From a virus: 64,000 bases of DNA. How positions within the stretch are numbered: position 1 is the first letter of the stretch; each line of letters starts with the position of its first letter. The DNA lies in IMG/VR virus record IMGVR_UViG_3300037140_000126, positions 32,001 to 96,000 of that record, one strand, 5' to 3'. Below the pieces are notes generated by a model. The model had not been told where the DNA came from. It searched no databases and was given only the letters and a program-made list of their open reading frames with translations. The translations under genes and the position numbers were made by a program. Positions 9,196-19,825 of this stretch are shown here, in pieces.

Positions 9196-10689
9196 TCATG
9201 GTTTCATCGAAAAACTCAATGATAGTTGCTTTATTTTTGGCTGTTTTTCACCAATAATTCTGCGTAGAAACCAATCTCCCTGCTTAAAAAGCTCTTTCGC
9301 ACCTCGATCAGAAGAGAACTTTTTGACAGGAATCCCCCTTTTCATCAGGGCCGAGCGACGGCTTTTCGATGCTTTTTCAAAGCGTCCACCTACATCCGAG
9401 ATGTCGAAGTGCAGCAAACCAAGTTTACCTTCGGAAAGCCTGATTCCACGACCAAATATCTGCACCGCCCTGTTCTTACTCTTCATTGCTCCGGCATCTA
9501 TGACTACATCTAGCTTTTTGATGTCTACACCTTTCTGAAAAACCTTGTTTGCGAGCAACAACTTGATCGTTCCTGCCTCAAACTTACGCTTCGCTAGAAG
9601 CCTGTCTTCGGCCTTTACATCCCCACAAACCACACGATGAGGAATGTCTTTCAGCATCTCAGAGAGCAACTGTAAATGCTTGATTCGTTCTACTAGAACA
9701 ATCGGAAATTTCCCCTGGTAAACAGCTTCCCTTACGAGGTCACAAATGAGTTCATTCCTAGAAGCATTGTAGACGATGTGATCGGAGTATTCCTGGGCAT
9801 ACTGTTTATTGGTGTAGACCTCAGTATCATAATCGTTTTCGGTCAGAACCTGAACCACAACACCCTGAGAAAGATGTCCTTCTTCTTGGCCTTGTGTCAA
9901 AGGATATTCATAGCAAACAGGACCAGCTAAAGCGTACGCTCTTACCCGAATATGTTGTTTTTGTAGTTCTAAGGTAGCCGTCAGCCCAAACACAACAGGT
10001 GGTGCAATTGCTTCTACAATAGCTACGTTCCTGCGGTTCAGGCAGACATGAATTTCATCTATAATATTCACCTGAAGTGATCGAACCCAATCTTCAAACT
10101 TCGGATCGTCCTGATGCAAATGTAAGGTCTGAGAAGTGGCCACAGTAATTCTTTTCGGTAGGAACTTGCTGTCTCCTACTTCACCGACTTCTTCATTCAG
10201 CACATCGGAGAGTTCCTTCTGAGCCTGCTTCAGGAGAGTTAGTTCGTCAACGATGAAACAACCGTTCCCCTTCAGGCGGCTGAAAAATTGGCCGGAAAGA
10301 TAGGTTTTGCCACTTCCGGTTGCTGAAAGTACGAGCCCTCCACCACAATTGTTTCCAGCTTCTATCATGCTTTCCACGCACTCATTCTGGTAGGCTCTAT
10401 CAGAGACAACGCCGTTAGGTTTGAACTGGACCTGAACCATATGGTTCTTAATGTCGAATTTCACGTTCAGGTCCCGCTCGATGTCTGCTTTCATGGCTAG
10501 AAACAACCCTGTAGGTACACGGTTTCTTTTCAACAGGGAAATCCAGCCATCCCAGTGGCCTGCTCGAAAGGCGGGCATGAACTGATAACCATTGGGGTGG
10601 AAATGGAAATATGGGAGCAAATCGTCGAGCGGGTAGGGTTTTACAAACTCAACGAAGCGGTTCGTCTGGACGATGGAGATTTTCTGCAT
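9196..10689 (-). CDS. Superfamily 2 DNA helicase (UvsW/XPB-like)
   Basis: ATGSGKT, IIDEIH, GLTAT, KGVDI and QIFGRGIR motifs. Confidence 0.92.
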   Translation of the reverse strand: MQKISIVQTNRFVEFVKPYPLDDLLPYFHFHPNGYQFMPAFRAGHWDGWISLLKRNRVPTGLFLAMKADIERDLNVKFDIKNHMVQVQFKPNGVVSDRAYQNECVESMIEAGNNCGGGLVLSATGSGKTYLSGQFFSRLKGNGCFIVDELTLLKQAQKELSDVLNEEVGEVGDSKFLPKRITVATSQTLHLHQDDPKFEDWVRSLQVNIIDEIHVCLNRRNVAIVEAIAPPVVFGLTATLELQKQHIRVRAYALAGPVCYEYPLTQGQEEGHLSQGVVVQVLTENDYDTEVYTNKQYAQEYSDHIVYNASRNELICDLVREAVYQGKFPIVLVERIKHLQLLSEMLKDIPHRVVCGDVKAEDRLLAKRKFEAGTIKLLLANKVFQKGVDIKKLDVVIDAGAMKSKNRAVQIFGRGIRLSEGKLGLLHFDISDVGGRFEKASKSRRSALMKRGIPVKKFSSDRGAKELFKQGDWFLRRIIGEKQPKIKQLSLSFSMKP

Positions 10690-10713
10690 GATGTAAATAT
10701 AATACAGGAAAAG

Positions 10714-13700
10714 CTAGTAGGAGTAGTCACAAATAACACTCGTCGTGGGGGCGGTCGTGAAGGTAATTACGGACCCAACTAAGGTGTATGCCATCGTACG
10801 CAATCCATTTTTATAAACCACTAGTGTTGAGGGAACAGGTGTATTGGCCAGAGTAAATACTGTATTCGTTCCATTTATCGTTCCACTAGGAACCTCATTC
10901 GTAGACTGATTGTAGAAACTTTGTGTCGCCCCACCACGGATTATCGTGACTGGATCGACCTCTGGATTGTCTACGGTCCAAGCTGTTCCGGGTGTGAAAT
11001 TCAACTCCGGTCCGGTGTCACCATTGGCGTAATTCTGCGCTATCGTCATACCTACAGAAGCAAGAAATGCACAAGCTGTAGTTCCTAGATCAATGATTCC
11101 GGAACCGGTATTGTTTAGTATCTGCCATCGTGAGATAAGTCCATGGTCCAGCCCTTCGAAGCCAACACCATCCATATAATTATTCAAAATCTGATTGTCC
11201 CAAGTTCGGTATCCCAACATAGTTTGGACGTTGCCATAGCCACCATTAATAAAGAAAGTTGGCGGTACGGCGGGATAGCTCGTATATGCGGGACCGACAT
11301 CTACCCACATGATTTGGGTGTTCATGTTCACAGTTATAACGTCGTCATCGGCGGCGACAAAGGAGGCAGCGAATTGAATGAAATCGCTAAGATACTGGCC
11401 GTTCAAACCTGGGAACCAATCGACGCCTTGTGTTAGGGCAGCGCCGTTTCTAAATGCGGTGACACTAGAGGACCCAGAGGCAAAGTTTTGATTGGCAAAG
11501 TTATTATCCCAATTTGGATCGCTCGCAGGCAATGAGAAGTAATCCCCTGAAGCACCACCGTTGCTCCTCTGACACCAAAACCCTACAAGAGTATTTGTTA
11601 CCGGCACGACTGCATCTAAAACATACGGCCACGGACCGGCCCCATAAGCGCCAAAACTGAAATCTGCGGACAGTGTGCCATCTGGGCTGCTCCAGTCTGG
11701 CTCTGTAGGCCCAGTCACACCTGTGTAATATGGATAATTCAGACCACCCAGTTGCACGCCTGGTGTCAATGACTGGCCTTTTGCCAAAGCTACCCAAATG
11801 TCATTTCCGGCCTGGTAGTTCGTAGGAGTTACGGTCCTACGGTTCACCGACGCCGGTATCCACATATTTGGGTCCCAAATCTGTCCTCTGTTATTCGAGT
11901 AAAGATTCCCATAGCGCTTTCCGCTGGAATTCAACTCACCCTGAAATGTCCAGTGATAAAGCATAGATATATCTGTTGCGTAGTGGAGCCCATAGGGAGG
12001 CATGCCTCCCTGACTAGCTTGGTTGTTGTTGATATTGATATTCGAGCATGCAAACTCGCCGATTGCGGAGTTGACATCCAAAAACTGGTTTTCTGCTACC
12101 GTCGCGTTTCGTAGAACATCGAGCGCTATACCAAAAAACTTGTAGTCCGCTTCCATTGCACTTTGCGTTGGATTTGATCCAGCAGTCTGCGCAGACATTG
12201 CGGTAAATGAAAAAACACCCGCCCACGATGCAGTATACCCTGTGCCAGTCCAGACCGGGGTGTATGTATTAGGTGAAGCTAAGTTTCCGTATGAACCCCC
12301 CTTGTATCCTGGGGTATTAAGATTATTAAATACTGGTGCCCCCACGCCAGAAGGGAACGGTGTATATATATCGAGGTCGTCCATCGTTGTAAACGTAACA
12401 ACCGGTTCAGCAACCGACGTGGTTATGGACGCCGTGCCCGTTGAGGTTCCAATGTTAGTGTCGATCTGATCTATGGAAGCACAATTGCGTGCAAATACGA
12501 ATTCGAAGATGCCACCACCCGCGTAACCTGTACCTGGACCAGCATAATTCGCTGTTAGAGTAAGTTCATAGCCCTCGGGGATGCCATCAGGCAACACCAA
12601 TGAGTATATCCAAAACCGATCCTGTTCGTGAGTAGGACCAAAAGGGAAAAAATTGACAGGTCCTCCTACAAGTTCTGCGGTGTGGCCCTGGTTATCGACC
12701 AGGGATACGGGCGCTTGTGGGACCCCGGGATGGCCGGAGCCTCCAATCCAATGGCTTGCACAAAGAAACATCAGTACATAAGGATGTGGGTCGGCGGTAA
12801 AGCCGCCGTAGGTAGAAAATGATCCGGTGCTCCAACCACCACCTGTAAAATAAGGAAGGAAATCGGCCACAGATATTTCTGGTTGAAGGGCTACAAAGAA
12901 TGGAGGTGTGCAATCTACGCCGTTCTGGGCAAACACGGACCCGCCGTAAGAGTGCTGTACCCGTGTGTTCAAGATAGAAATATTCTGACTATGCCCCCAG
13001 TAGATGCCTTGCGCGGAGTTGAAATTCTGCACGGTAATCGCGTCGATTTGCGATTGGTCACATTTGAGAAACCGGATGGCTCCGCCGCGCATTTCGTTAT
13101 CCCAACCCCCACTTTGGGCTATCGTAGAGTTAAGCCCTGCACCACAATCGAAAAAACCTTGTCCTGTCACGCGGATATTTGTATTGCGGGGACCTAATTC
13201 CCAAGATGCGATGGCTTGTACAAGTGAAGGCTGTGGCGACAACACTCCACCAGATGGTCCATAGGAACCGCCTGCAAATGCATTTGCATTTTCGAGAATC
13301 CATGCGGTGCTGACATTAAAACCACTAGAACTTCCCATAGAACAGTTTAGACTTGCCTTCTCTCTCAACACGGAGAGGTCGTAACCTAATATTAGGCCAC
13401 CGTCTACTTGCAGTGTAACCCCATCATTGATGGATAATGCGTACATTCCTATTTGATTGTCCGCTGGAAGGAACACAGGATTTTCAAAGGTTCTCGGATA
13501 AACCTTACAGATAACGCCCGAGGGGATGCAAACAATTGTGGGCCCGAATGTGCCACCAGCACCTGAAATTGCTGTATTGATTAAATTTCCAGTGATTCCT
13601 AGTGTCGCGTTTGTATTTACCAAACCAGCGGCTACTTGGGCAAGGTAGTTTTGATAGGCTTGATTTAGTGCAGCCTGAACCGCCGCTGTGTCATCGGCAA

Positions 13701-14382
13701 TGCCATTGCCAAGTGCCCCGAATGAGCGCACATCTATGCATTCGGGCAGTAACCCCCCAGACGCCCCAGTTGTAGGGGGTACGGGTGGCAGACCAACATC
13801 CAAGAACAACGGGTCCGAGTATTCATCCAGCAGGTTAAAGAATCTTGCAGCAAGCGTCTTGTGTAGTAGCTTGTCCGTGTTCTGATACGTGTACAGAAGT
13901 CCCGGATCGTTTGGAGAAAATGGCAAGTCGAGGTTCGCGTACTGATAGATCGGTGTCGCCAGCAAAACAGGCGACCCGGTAGCCGATACGTCTATCGGTA
14001 TGATGGTTAGCAATTGTTCAGGGCCTTGCACTGTTACGTTGCCGGGAATCCCACAAGGAAAACCGGGCACACTTGGCACAGGTGCCAAACTTGTGAAAAG
14101 CGTGCCGTCAGCGTAAATTTTTAAGTTCCAAAAATAACCTCCCGAAGATTCGAGTGTAATAAAGTTAGGCTGTGTTGGGTTAAACGTTTCCGGCGTAACG
14201 TCCGGTGCACCCAGTAAAGTAATTCCAAGCAACCACGTAGTTGTACCGGTATCCACATCATCTAGATAAAGTAGGGCTGGCGACTGCGGAGCCACGGGCA
14301 CAGGGTCAAGCGTTCCGTCATCGAACACACCAAGCTGCCATGTGTTGCTGCCCGAGTCATTCAGATAAATATAAGTTGGCAT
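10714..14382 (-). CDS. Tailspike / receptor-binding protein with a pectate-lyase-like beta-helix
   Basis: IDVRSFGALGNGIADDTAAVQAALN beta-helix cap; C-terminal NEVPSGTINGTNTVFTLANTP module; distal tail cluster. Confidence 0.75.
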   Translation of the reverse strand: MPTYIYLNDSGSNTWQLGVFDDGTLDPVPVAPQSPALLYLDDVDTGTTTWLLGITLLGAPDVTPETFNPTQPNFITLESSGGYFWNLKIYADGTLFTSLAPVPSVPGFPCGIPGNVTVQGPEQLLTIIPIDVSATGSPVLLATPIYQYANLDLPFSPNDPGLLYTYQNTDKLLHKTLAARFFNLLDEYSDPLFLDVGLPPVPPTTGASGGLLPECIDVRSFGALGNGIADDTAAVQAALNQAYQNYLAQVAAGLVNTNATLGITGNLINTAISGAGGTFGPTIVCIPSGVICKVYPRTFENPVFLPADNQIGMYALSINDGVTLQVDGGLILGYDLSVLREKASLNCSMGSSSGFNVSTAWILENANAFAGGSYGPSGGVLSPQPSLVQAIASWELGPRNTNIRVTGQGFFDCGAGLNSTIAQSGGWDNEMRGGAIRFLKCDQSQIDAITVQNFNSAQGIYWGHSQNISILNTRVQHSYGGSVFAQNGVDCTPPFFVALQPEISVADFLPYFTGGGWSTGSFSTYGGFTADPHPYVLMFLCASHWIGGSGHPGVPQAPVSLVDNQGHTAELVGGPVNFFPFGPTHEQDRFWIYSLVLPDGIPEGYELTLTANYAGPGTGYAGGGIFEFVFARNCASIDQIDTNIGTSTGTASITTSVAEPVVTFTTMDDLDIYTPFPSGVGAPVFNNLNTPGYKGGSYGNLASPNTYTPVWTGTGYTASWAGVFSFTAMSAQTAGSNPTQSAMEADYKFFGIALDVLRNATVAENQFLDVNSAIGEFACSNININNNQASQGGMPPYGLHYATDISMLYHWTFQGELNSSGKRYGNLYSNNRGQIWDPNMWIPASVNRRTVTPTNYQAGNDIWVALAKGQSLTPGVQLGGLNYPYYTGVTGPTEPDWSSPDGTLSADFSFGAYGAGPWPYVLDAVVPVTNTLVGFWCQRSNGGASGDYFSLPASDPNWDNNFANQNFASGSSSVTAFRNGAALTQGVDWFPGLNGQYLSDFIQFAASFVAADDDVITVNMNTQIMWVDVGPAYTSYPAVPPTFFINGGYGNVQTMLGYRTWDNQILNNYMDGVGFEGLDHGLISRWQILNNTGSGIIDLGTTACAFLASVGMTIAQNYANGDTGPELNFTPGTAWTVDNPEVDPVTIIRGGATQSFYNQSTNEVPSGTINGTNTVFTLANTPVPSTLVVYKNGLRTMAYTLVGSVITFTTAPTTSVICDYSY

Positions 14383-14386
14383 CGTC

Positions 14387-15274
14387 CTATGGGATCACCG
14401 CACATGCCTCCGTCGAATAGCCACCCTCAGATGCGCTTGATACCGATGTCACGACATAACAATAAGTCTGTCCATTGCTCACTGCATTGTCTGTATACGC
14501 GAGGCCAGCAATAATAGGAGTGTTGAGTAAAGTGTAAGGTCCTCCGGATTGCGTACCTCGATATACGTTGTATCCCAAAACACCTGTGGAGCTAGACGCA
14601 ACCCACGTAAGCACAACTGAATGCACTACAGGGGCCGTTGTACCGGTGCCTACAAGTGAAACAAGCTGCGGACTGCCCGAAGCATTGTCGGCGATACTTA
14701 ACGTACCTGAGTAACTGGTCACTGCAACTGGAGTAAATGTAATTGTAATGTTACAGGTAGCGCCTGCATCGAGTGTCGAGCCACAAGTGCTCGACTTGGC
14801 AAAAGTCGCAGAACCGGTAAGCGTAATACTACTAAACGTCAATTGGGCATTGCCGGAATTAGCCACAACGATAGCCAGATTTCCACTCGTAGTGGTTTGC
14901 ACACTACCGAAGTTCAAAGGGTTCCGAATCGACCTAGAAGGTGTAGTCGTAACCACGGGTGCAGTGCTCCCGGATGGCCCGCAGTAAGTCCACGTTCCAG
15001 CCGTGCTTCCTATACAGACATAGAAACCAGCCACTCCGCCCGATCCGGGGAGTACAAGGTTGTAATTGCTAACCACCGGCGGCGCGGTCAAGATTGTAGA
15101 AGAGTTGCTATTCGTATCCAACAAAGCGATTCCTTGGTTAAATGTCTGCACCTGCTGAAAGTAGTTCGTCAGTTCAAGCCCGGCAGTTTCTCTCGCTTGT
15201 GAAACCGTATCACGTGCAACGATCAGCACCAGCATGGCTAAAAATAAAAGGAAACTTAGTATCTTATTTCTCAT
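14387..15274 (-). CDS. Signal-peptide protein with an ASH/choice-of-anchor-D Ig-like domain and a C-terminal Fn3-like domain
   Basis: MRNKILSFLLFLAMLVLIVA signal; LNFGSVQ..NSGNAQL...CGSTLDAGATCNITITFTP...GTLSIADNASGSPQLVSLVGTG; VVLTW...GYNVYRG...Y.YVVTSV. Confidence 0.8.
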   Translation of the reverse strand: MRNKILSFLLFLAMLVLIVARDTVSQARETAGLELTNYFQQVQTFNQGIALLDTNSNSSTILTAPPVVSNYNLVLPGSGGVAGFYVCIGSTAGTWTYCGPSGSTAPVVTTTPSRSIRNPLNFGSVQTTTSGNLAIVVANSGNAQLTFSSITLTGSATFAKSSTCGSTLDAGATCNITITFTPVAVTSYSGTLSIADNASGSPQLVSLVGTGTTAPVVHSVVLTWVASSSTGVLGYNVYRGTQSGGPYTLLNTPIIAGLAYTDNAVSNGQTYCYVVTSVSSASEGGYSTEACAVIP

Positions 15275-15933
15275 ATTCCTGTTCCCGACAGCGATACGGT
15301 TTGGGGGCTTCCTGTCACATTATCCGCAATGCTAAGCGTGGCACTGCGGCTGCCTGTACTCCCCGGAGTGAAAGTCACCCATAAGCTGCAAGTTGCACCA
15401 CCATCCAAGGAACCGGAATTTACGCAGGTGCTTGCTGGCGTAGTGGCCACCGTAAAGTCAGCACTGTTGGTTCCGCTGAATGTAAACGCCGTACCTGAAA
15501 ACGTAAATTGTGCATTGCCGGTATTTGTGATAAGAAAACCACCTGTTTTGGCAGAACCAACATAAGTATTAAAACCATAATCCATACTGGCAGGTGTGAT
15601 GCTTGCCAGTGGTGCGCCACTACCACTCGCTGGACAATGTGCAAGGGGCATAAGTGTGCCCAGCACAGAACCTACACAGATATAATATCCAGTCTGCCCT
15701 GCACTGCTTGGCAGCACGAGAGTATAATTGTTTATATTTGTCGGTGCTGTTAGCGTGATGACACCACTAGACGATCCAGCAAGAGCTAACCCCTGCTGAA
15801 AGGTTTGTGATGGCACAAATCCGTTAGCAGCATCGAGATAAGCGACGGTTACAGTACGCTGTTGTGAATGTGAAACGCACACGAGCAAGAGCATGCACAA
15901 AAGAACCGCTATTCCTAACCTAAGTATCCACAT
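15271..15933 (-). CDS. Signal-peptide protein with an ASH Ig-like domain (paralog 2)
   Basis: Hydrophobic N-terminus ending VSHS/QQ; ITNTGNAQF...LDGGATCSLWVTFTP...ATLSIADNVTGSPQTVSLSGTG. Confidence 0.8.
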   Translation of the reverse strand: MWILRLGIAVLLCMLLLVCVSHSQQRTVTVAYLDAANGFVPSQTFQQGLALAGSSSGVITLTAPTNINNYTLVLPSSAGQTGYYICVGSVLGTLMPLAHCPASGSGAPLASITPASMDYGFNTYVGSAKTGGFLITNTGNAQFTFSGTAFTFSGTNSADFTVATTPASTCVNSGSLDGGATCSLWVTFTPGSTGSRSATLSIADNVTGSPQTVSLSGTGI

Positions 15934-15937
15934 TGTT

Positions 15938-16567
15938 TTATGTCCCCGTCCCGCTGAGTGTTACTAACTGCGGACTGCCCGTGGCGCTGTCGCTGATATT
16001 CAATGTCGCAGACTTTGCACCTGTGCTCGTAGGGCTAAATGTTACGGCGATTACGCATGCCCAACCTGCATCCAGAGTTGAACTGCAATTGTTGGTCTGT
16101 GAAAACATCGAAGCGTTTGTGCCTGTAAACGTAAGAGCGGGCGACCCTGTAAAGTTCAGCAATGCTGTTCCTGTATTTCCAACCAATATAGTTTGGGCAC
16201 TGGATGAAGTTCCGTGAACAACTGACCCAAAACTCAATGATGTAGGTGACCGATTGACGGTTGCCGTGCCCGATCCCGCACCGGGTGGTATACAATAGGC
16301 CAAATGGCCGGCAACACTTCCGATGCATAATGCATATCCCGGACTCCCTGCTAGACCGGGCAGGGTAAAGGTTTCACCTAGTGAAATAGCCGGAACCGCT
16401 ACATGTACGACACCTGTAGTTCCCGGCAGATTGACACCGCCAGCAAACGAGTTGACTTGCGCAAATGTGTTCGCCAGATTGACAAGTGCAACTATGCGTG
16501 TCTGTGCCTTTGTCCAAATGCCTGCACTAAGTAAGATAAACAATATGATTAAGCTTGAGCGCTTCAT
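15938..16567 (-). CDS. Signal-peptide protein with an ASH Ig-like domain (paralog 3)
   Basis: Start placed at MKRSSLIILFILLSAGIWTKA (16567, 1 nt after the upstream stop); SPTSLSFGSV...NTGTALL...CSSTLDAGWACVIAVTFSP...ATLNISDSATGSPQLVTLSGTG. Confidence 0.8.
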   Translation of the reverse strand: MKRSSLIILFILLSAGIWTKAQTRIVALVNLANTFAQVNSFAGGVNLPGTTGVVHVAVPAISLGETFTLPGLAGSPGYALCIGSVAGHLAYCIPPGAGSGTATVNRSPTSLSFGSVVHGTSSSAQTILVGNTGTALLNFTGSPALTFTGTNASMFSQTNNCSSTLDAGWACVIAVTFSPTSTGAKSATLNISDSATGSPQLVTLSGTGT

Positions 16568-16568
16568 G

Positions 16569-19500
16569 TTAGCTGCTCCCGGCACAGCAAAGTTGGATTT
16601 GCACAGATTCAACTAATGTAAAAGAGAGTGACGTTGCTACGGGTGTAACTCCATTCAGAGTCACAGAATCTTGAATAAGGTTTCCGACACCATCATATCC
16701 CACGACTGTCGCTATACGCGTATCTGTTGGTGAATCAGACACAAGCGATACTGGTCCCGGCGGCGTCAGAAGCGTGCCGCCGTCGTCGATCTGCACGCCA
16801 TAGATATTCCTGTCCGTGTTCAACGGCAGTATAACTTGAATCACCGGTGCTAGAGGCACGCTGAAATCAATCAGCACATAAGGCGGTGGGTGTGGCACAA
16901 GTGGATAAACTAAGCGCAGCACTTTGCTGAAGCGTGAATACAGGCCGCCATTTACTTGTCTGAGATAATAAACTTCTTCGTTTGCTTTCCTGGGCAAACA
17001 GAAATAGCGGCTTGTCGTTCTAAACAACAATAGGGCATTGTCTTGTGTCCAACCAAAATCAGCTTTTCTCACTTCACAGGCTGATACAGGAAGTTGGCCT
17101 AGATCAACGACGCACGTATAGCCGTTAATCATGCCTATAATTCGGCAGTTGTCGAGTGTCGGTAAATAAAATTCTCCTACCTCTAGTAATTGCTGTGGCG
17201 TAGGTGCGATAGCCGTGTCTTTCGGCGTCAGTACGTTTTGCCGGAATTCGACAAAGTTGGCGAGTGTCTTGTCGAGGTAATAGTCAGGCCCATAGTCAAC
17301 GACGAGCTGCAGCTTTTCTTGCCGGAGTTCGACACCAGTGATTGTCACACGTCGAACGAGCAATTTCAGGCCTGATATGCCTCTTTGCGGTGAAGTGACG
17401 ATTAGATAGCGTCCAGGTGTCGGATAGCCACTGGTGGGCAGTGCGCCCCCCATGCCCGACGGAGTGACCAGTAAACGATATGGAATTCCATACAGGCTTG
17501 TAAGGGTAATTGATGCAGGGTAGCTGGAATTTGGCACCGGAGTGGTTGTTAGTATCCCCCCTGTAGTAATTCCAAGCTGCCAAGAATTACCATTGGTATC
17601 ATTTAGGAATACGGTGACCGGCGTTCCACTGCTTGGTGTGCATGTCAGCAATCCAGCATCGGTAACGCCTATTAACCAAATTCCAGAACTACTGTCTTGC
17701 AATAAAATTGAATTGGTTGCAACATTGCTATCCAAGAAATAGTCGTCAAATGTGTAGGTGCCTTCGTACTGAACACCTTCCCGATCCATAATGATCGCAG
17801 CACCTGCGGCGTCACACTCACTGCTCGTGCGTGGTATCGGGTTTAGACTCGAAAATACCGCTGTGCGGTGTCCATCGTCACCTACGATCTTTGATTCAGC
17901 GGCAATATAAATAGGGTCCTGCACACGGGCCATTGCGTAGCCAGCTTCCCAAGTCTGCAAACGGATGCGTGAACCCACTGCGGGCAGTGTTGCGCCTGCG
18001 AGAGTCTGATAAGACGACGCGTAAAACTGCAATTGCTGTATGTCATTCGTAGACGCAATTGTGGCAACTTGATTTTGGAAGCCGAAACCTAGTAGGTATT
18101 GCAATTCAGGACCGGGTGGAAACACCGGGAACTGATTTGCCGTTGGCCCATAAAGCGAGCGCACGTATAGCCCGCCCTGTGGCGGGAAGCCTAAAAGCGT
18201 GTTCGCCACGGCAAAATTGAATACACCACCATTTACTTCCGCATAGACGGCAAATTCAGGCAGATTGACGCCCGAGATGCTGAATAAAGTGACGTTTGGA
18301 TTATTCGGGAAATCTACCGAGGTATCGGCAACGAGCCAAGTAATCGTTCCGACACCTGCGTAGTTTACATCGCCAAAGACATTCCCAGTCAACGTGCGGT
18401 AGGCTCGGTCATATCGTGAGTAGGTCTGACACGAGAAATACATCTGCAAAAAATAGGAGTGGTTCTGTTGTGAAATTACTGTTGGCCCTAACGCATTTCC
18501 AAATAAGAACGGCTGCATCGTCACGCCAATAGCACCTGAGGCAGTTGGAACGACTGTCCCGTGAGAGCCTAACTGGAAGGCGGCTACGCAATTTGCGCCA
18601 CCAGGCAACGTATCGTCTGCCGCAAGCGTTCGATATAGGCCACCTACTAGTCCGTTGTTTACATCTGTAAATTGAAAATCACCAAGTTGAATGTTTACCG
18701 CGCCACCAAGTTCTATACCCTGATTCGCAAGGACGTACGTTTCACCAAGCGGCGTTCCTACGTTATCGGTAGTATCTTTTGCATCGAGTTGCAGCCCACC
18801 ACCTTGTTCGGACACCATAAACGTCGGATCAAGCACGGTCCACAGACTGTTGTTGACTGTATCGCTCGACCAAGGCTCGTTGACAACGATGGACGACGCA
18901 CCTTCGAACATTTCATGCCGCAACGGGAAATTACCTGTGATGCCGTCACCAACAAAATAATCATCGTGATTGTTTTGCGCTTCAATGTCACCGATGACGA
19001 TTGCATCGTTACACGGCGGGACCGACTGCACGGGGGTCTGCAACAGCGTCGGGTAGAACGTCCGCTCACCTTTTGTTTCATCGTAGCTTACGCCAAGCGG
19101 CTGATCACCGTAGGGCTGGAAATAAAGTTTCTTGTCGATGCACTTGTAATGAAAGCGTGAACCGTCGGCAAACTGCTTTGCCAGGTCCGACCAATTCACA
19201 GTTGGATCATACGGCCAGTACGGGACAAGATCACCGGAAGCGACAAACGAAGTTGTATCGAAAAAATTGGGTACAAGAATTTGCGCGAGACGGGCAAGAA
19301 TCTGTCCTTGTCCAAGATTCACAAACGGCGGCATGAACGGGACCGTCTTGACGTTCAACAGCCATTCATCAGAGCTAACTTGAATGTCGTACGTGTAGCG
19401 CTGAAAGTTAAACTTGGGGATGTTATTACCCAGTCCCAGATATGTTAGGCTCGGTGCGGCCGTAACGAATCCTGTAGCGATTGGAACGCCAAACTTTCCC

Positions 19501-19691
19501 GAGAACAAACGACAGTACGCGGAACGAACTGGGGGAATAAACGCATCGTTATTATTTGCCAGTGTGAACGTCAGCAGCGTTGGGACGTTGAGGGAGTCCT
19601 GCACAGAAATCGACTCGGGCAAAACATAGCTCGTGTAATCCGTCACACCTCCATTATCGGGTCCGTTGTCTATCGTGAGCTTAATCGGCAC
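16569..19691 (-). CDS. Tail tip / baseplate hub-like structural protein
   Basis: 1040 aa directly after the tape measure; YTSYVLPESISVQDSLN...LTFTL start typical of hub proteins; beta-rich. Confidence 0.6.
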   Translation of the reverse strand: MPIKLTIDNGPDNGGVTDYTSYVLPESISVQDSLNVPTLLTFTLANNNDAFIPPVRSAYCRLFSGKFGVPIATGFVTAAPSLTYLGLGNNIPKFNFQRYTYDIQVSSDEWLLNVKTVPFMPPFVNLGQGQILARLAQILVPNFFDTTSFVASGDLVPYWPYDPTVNWSDLAKQFADGSRFHYKCIDKKLYFQPYGDQPLGVSYDETKGERTFYPTLLQTPVQSVPPCNDAIVIGDIEAQNNHDDYFVGDGITGNFPLRHEMFEGASSIVVNEPWSSDTVNNSLWTVLDPTFMVSEQGGGLQLDAKDTTDNVGTPLGETYVLANQGIELGGAVNIQLGDFQFTDVNNGLVGGLYRTLAADDTLPGGANCVAAFQLGSHGTVVPTASGAIGVTMQPFLFGNALGPTVISQQNHSYFLQMYFSCQTYSRYDRAYRTLTGNVFGDVNYAGVGTITWLVADTSVDFPNNPNVTLFSISGVNLPEFAVYAEVNGGVFNFAVANTLLGFPPQGGLYVRSLYGPTANQFPVFPPGPELQYLLGFGFQNQVATIASTNDIQQLQFYASSYQTLAGATLPAVGSRIRLQTWEAGYAMARVQDPIYIAAESKIVGDDGHRTAVFSSLNPIPRTSSECDAAGAAIIMDREGVQYEGTYTFDDYFLDSNVATNSILLQDSSSGIWLIGVTDAGLLTCTPSSGTPVTVFLNDTNGNSWQLGITTGGILTTTPVPNSSYPASITLTSLYGIPYRLLVTPSGMGGALPTSGYPTPGRYLIVTSPQRGISGLKLLVRRVTITGVELRQEKLQLVVDYGPDYYLDKTLANFVEFRQNVLTPKDTAIAPTPQQLLEVGEFYLPTLDNCRIIGMINGYTCVVDLGQLPVSACEVRKADFGWTQDNALLLFRTTSRYFCLPRKANEEVYYLRQVNGGLYSRFSKVLRLVYPLVPHPPPYVLIDFSVPLAPVIQVILPLNTDRNIYGVQIDDGGTLLTPPGPVSLVSDSPTDTRIATVVGYDGVGNLIQDSVTLNGVTPVATSLSFTLVESVQIQLCCAGSS

Positions 19692-19825
19692 TCAGAGCGC
19701 TCCCAGAACTAGCCTTTAGTGCTATTTCCCGTCGATTTGGCGCATTAAAACGTCTCGAATAGTGCTAAGTAGCATAGCTTCCTGTAAAGTCTTTAGAATC
19801 AACAAAACCAAATTTTATGGCAATC

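Noticed and set aside
10714-14382. Diversity-generating retroelement target in the tailspike
   Set aside because: No reverse transcriptase and no template/variable repeat pair seen in the window.
16567-16612. N-terminal extension MNLCKSNFAVPGAAN of the third ASH protein
   Set aside because: It overlaps the hub gene end; the downstream Met gives a clean signal peptide and stop-start coupling.
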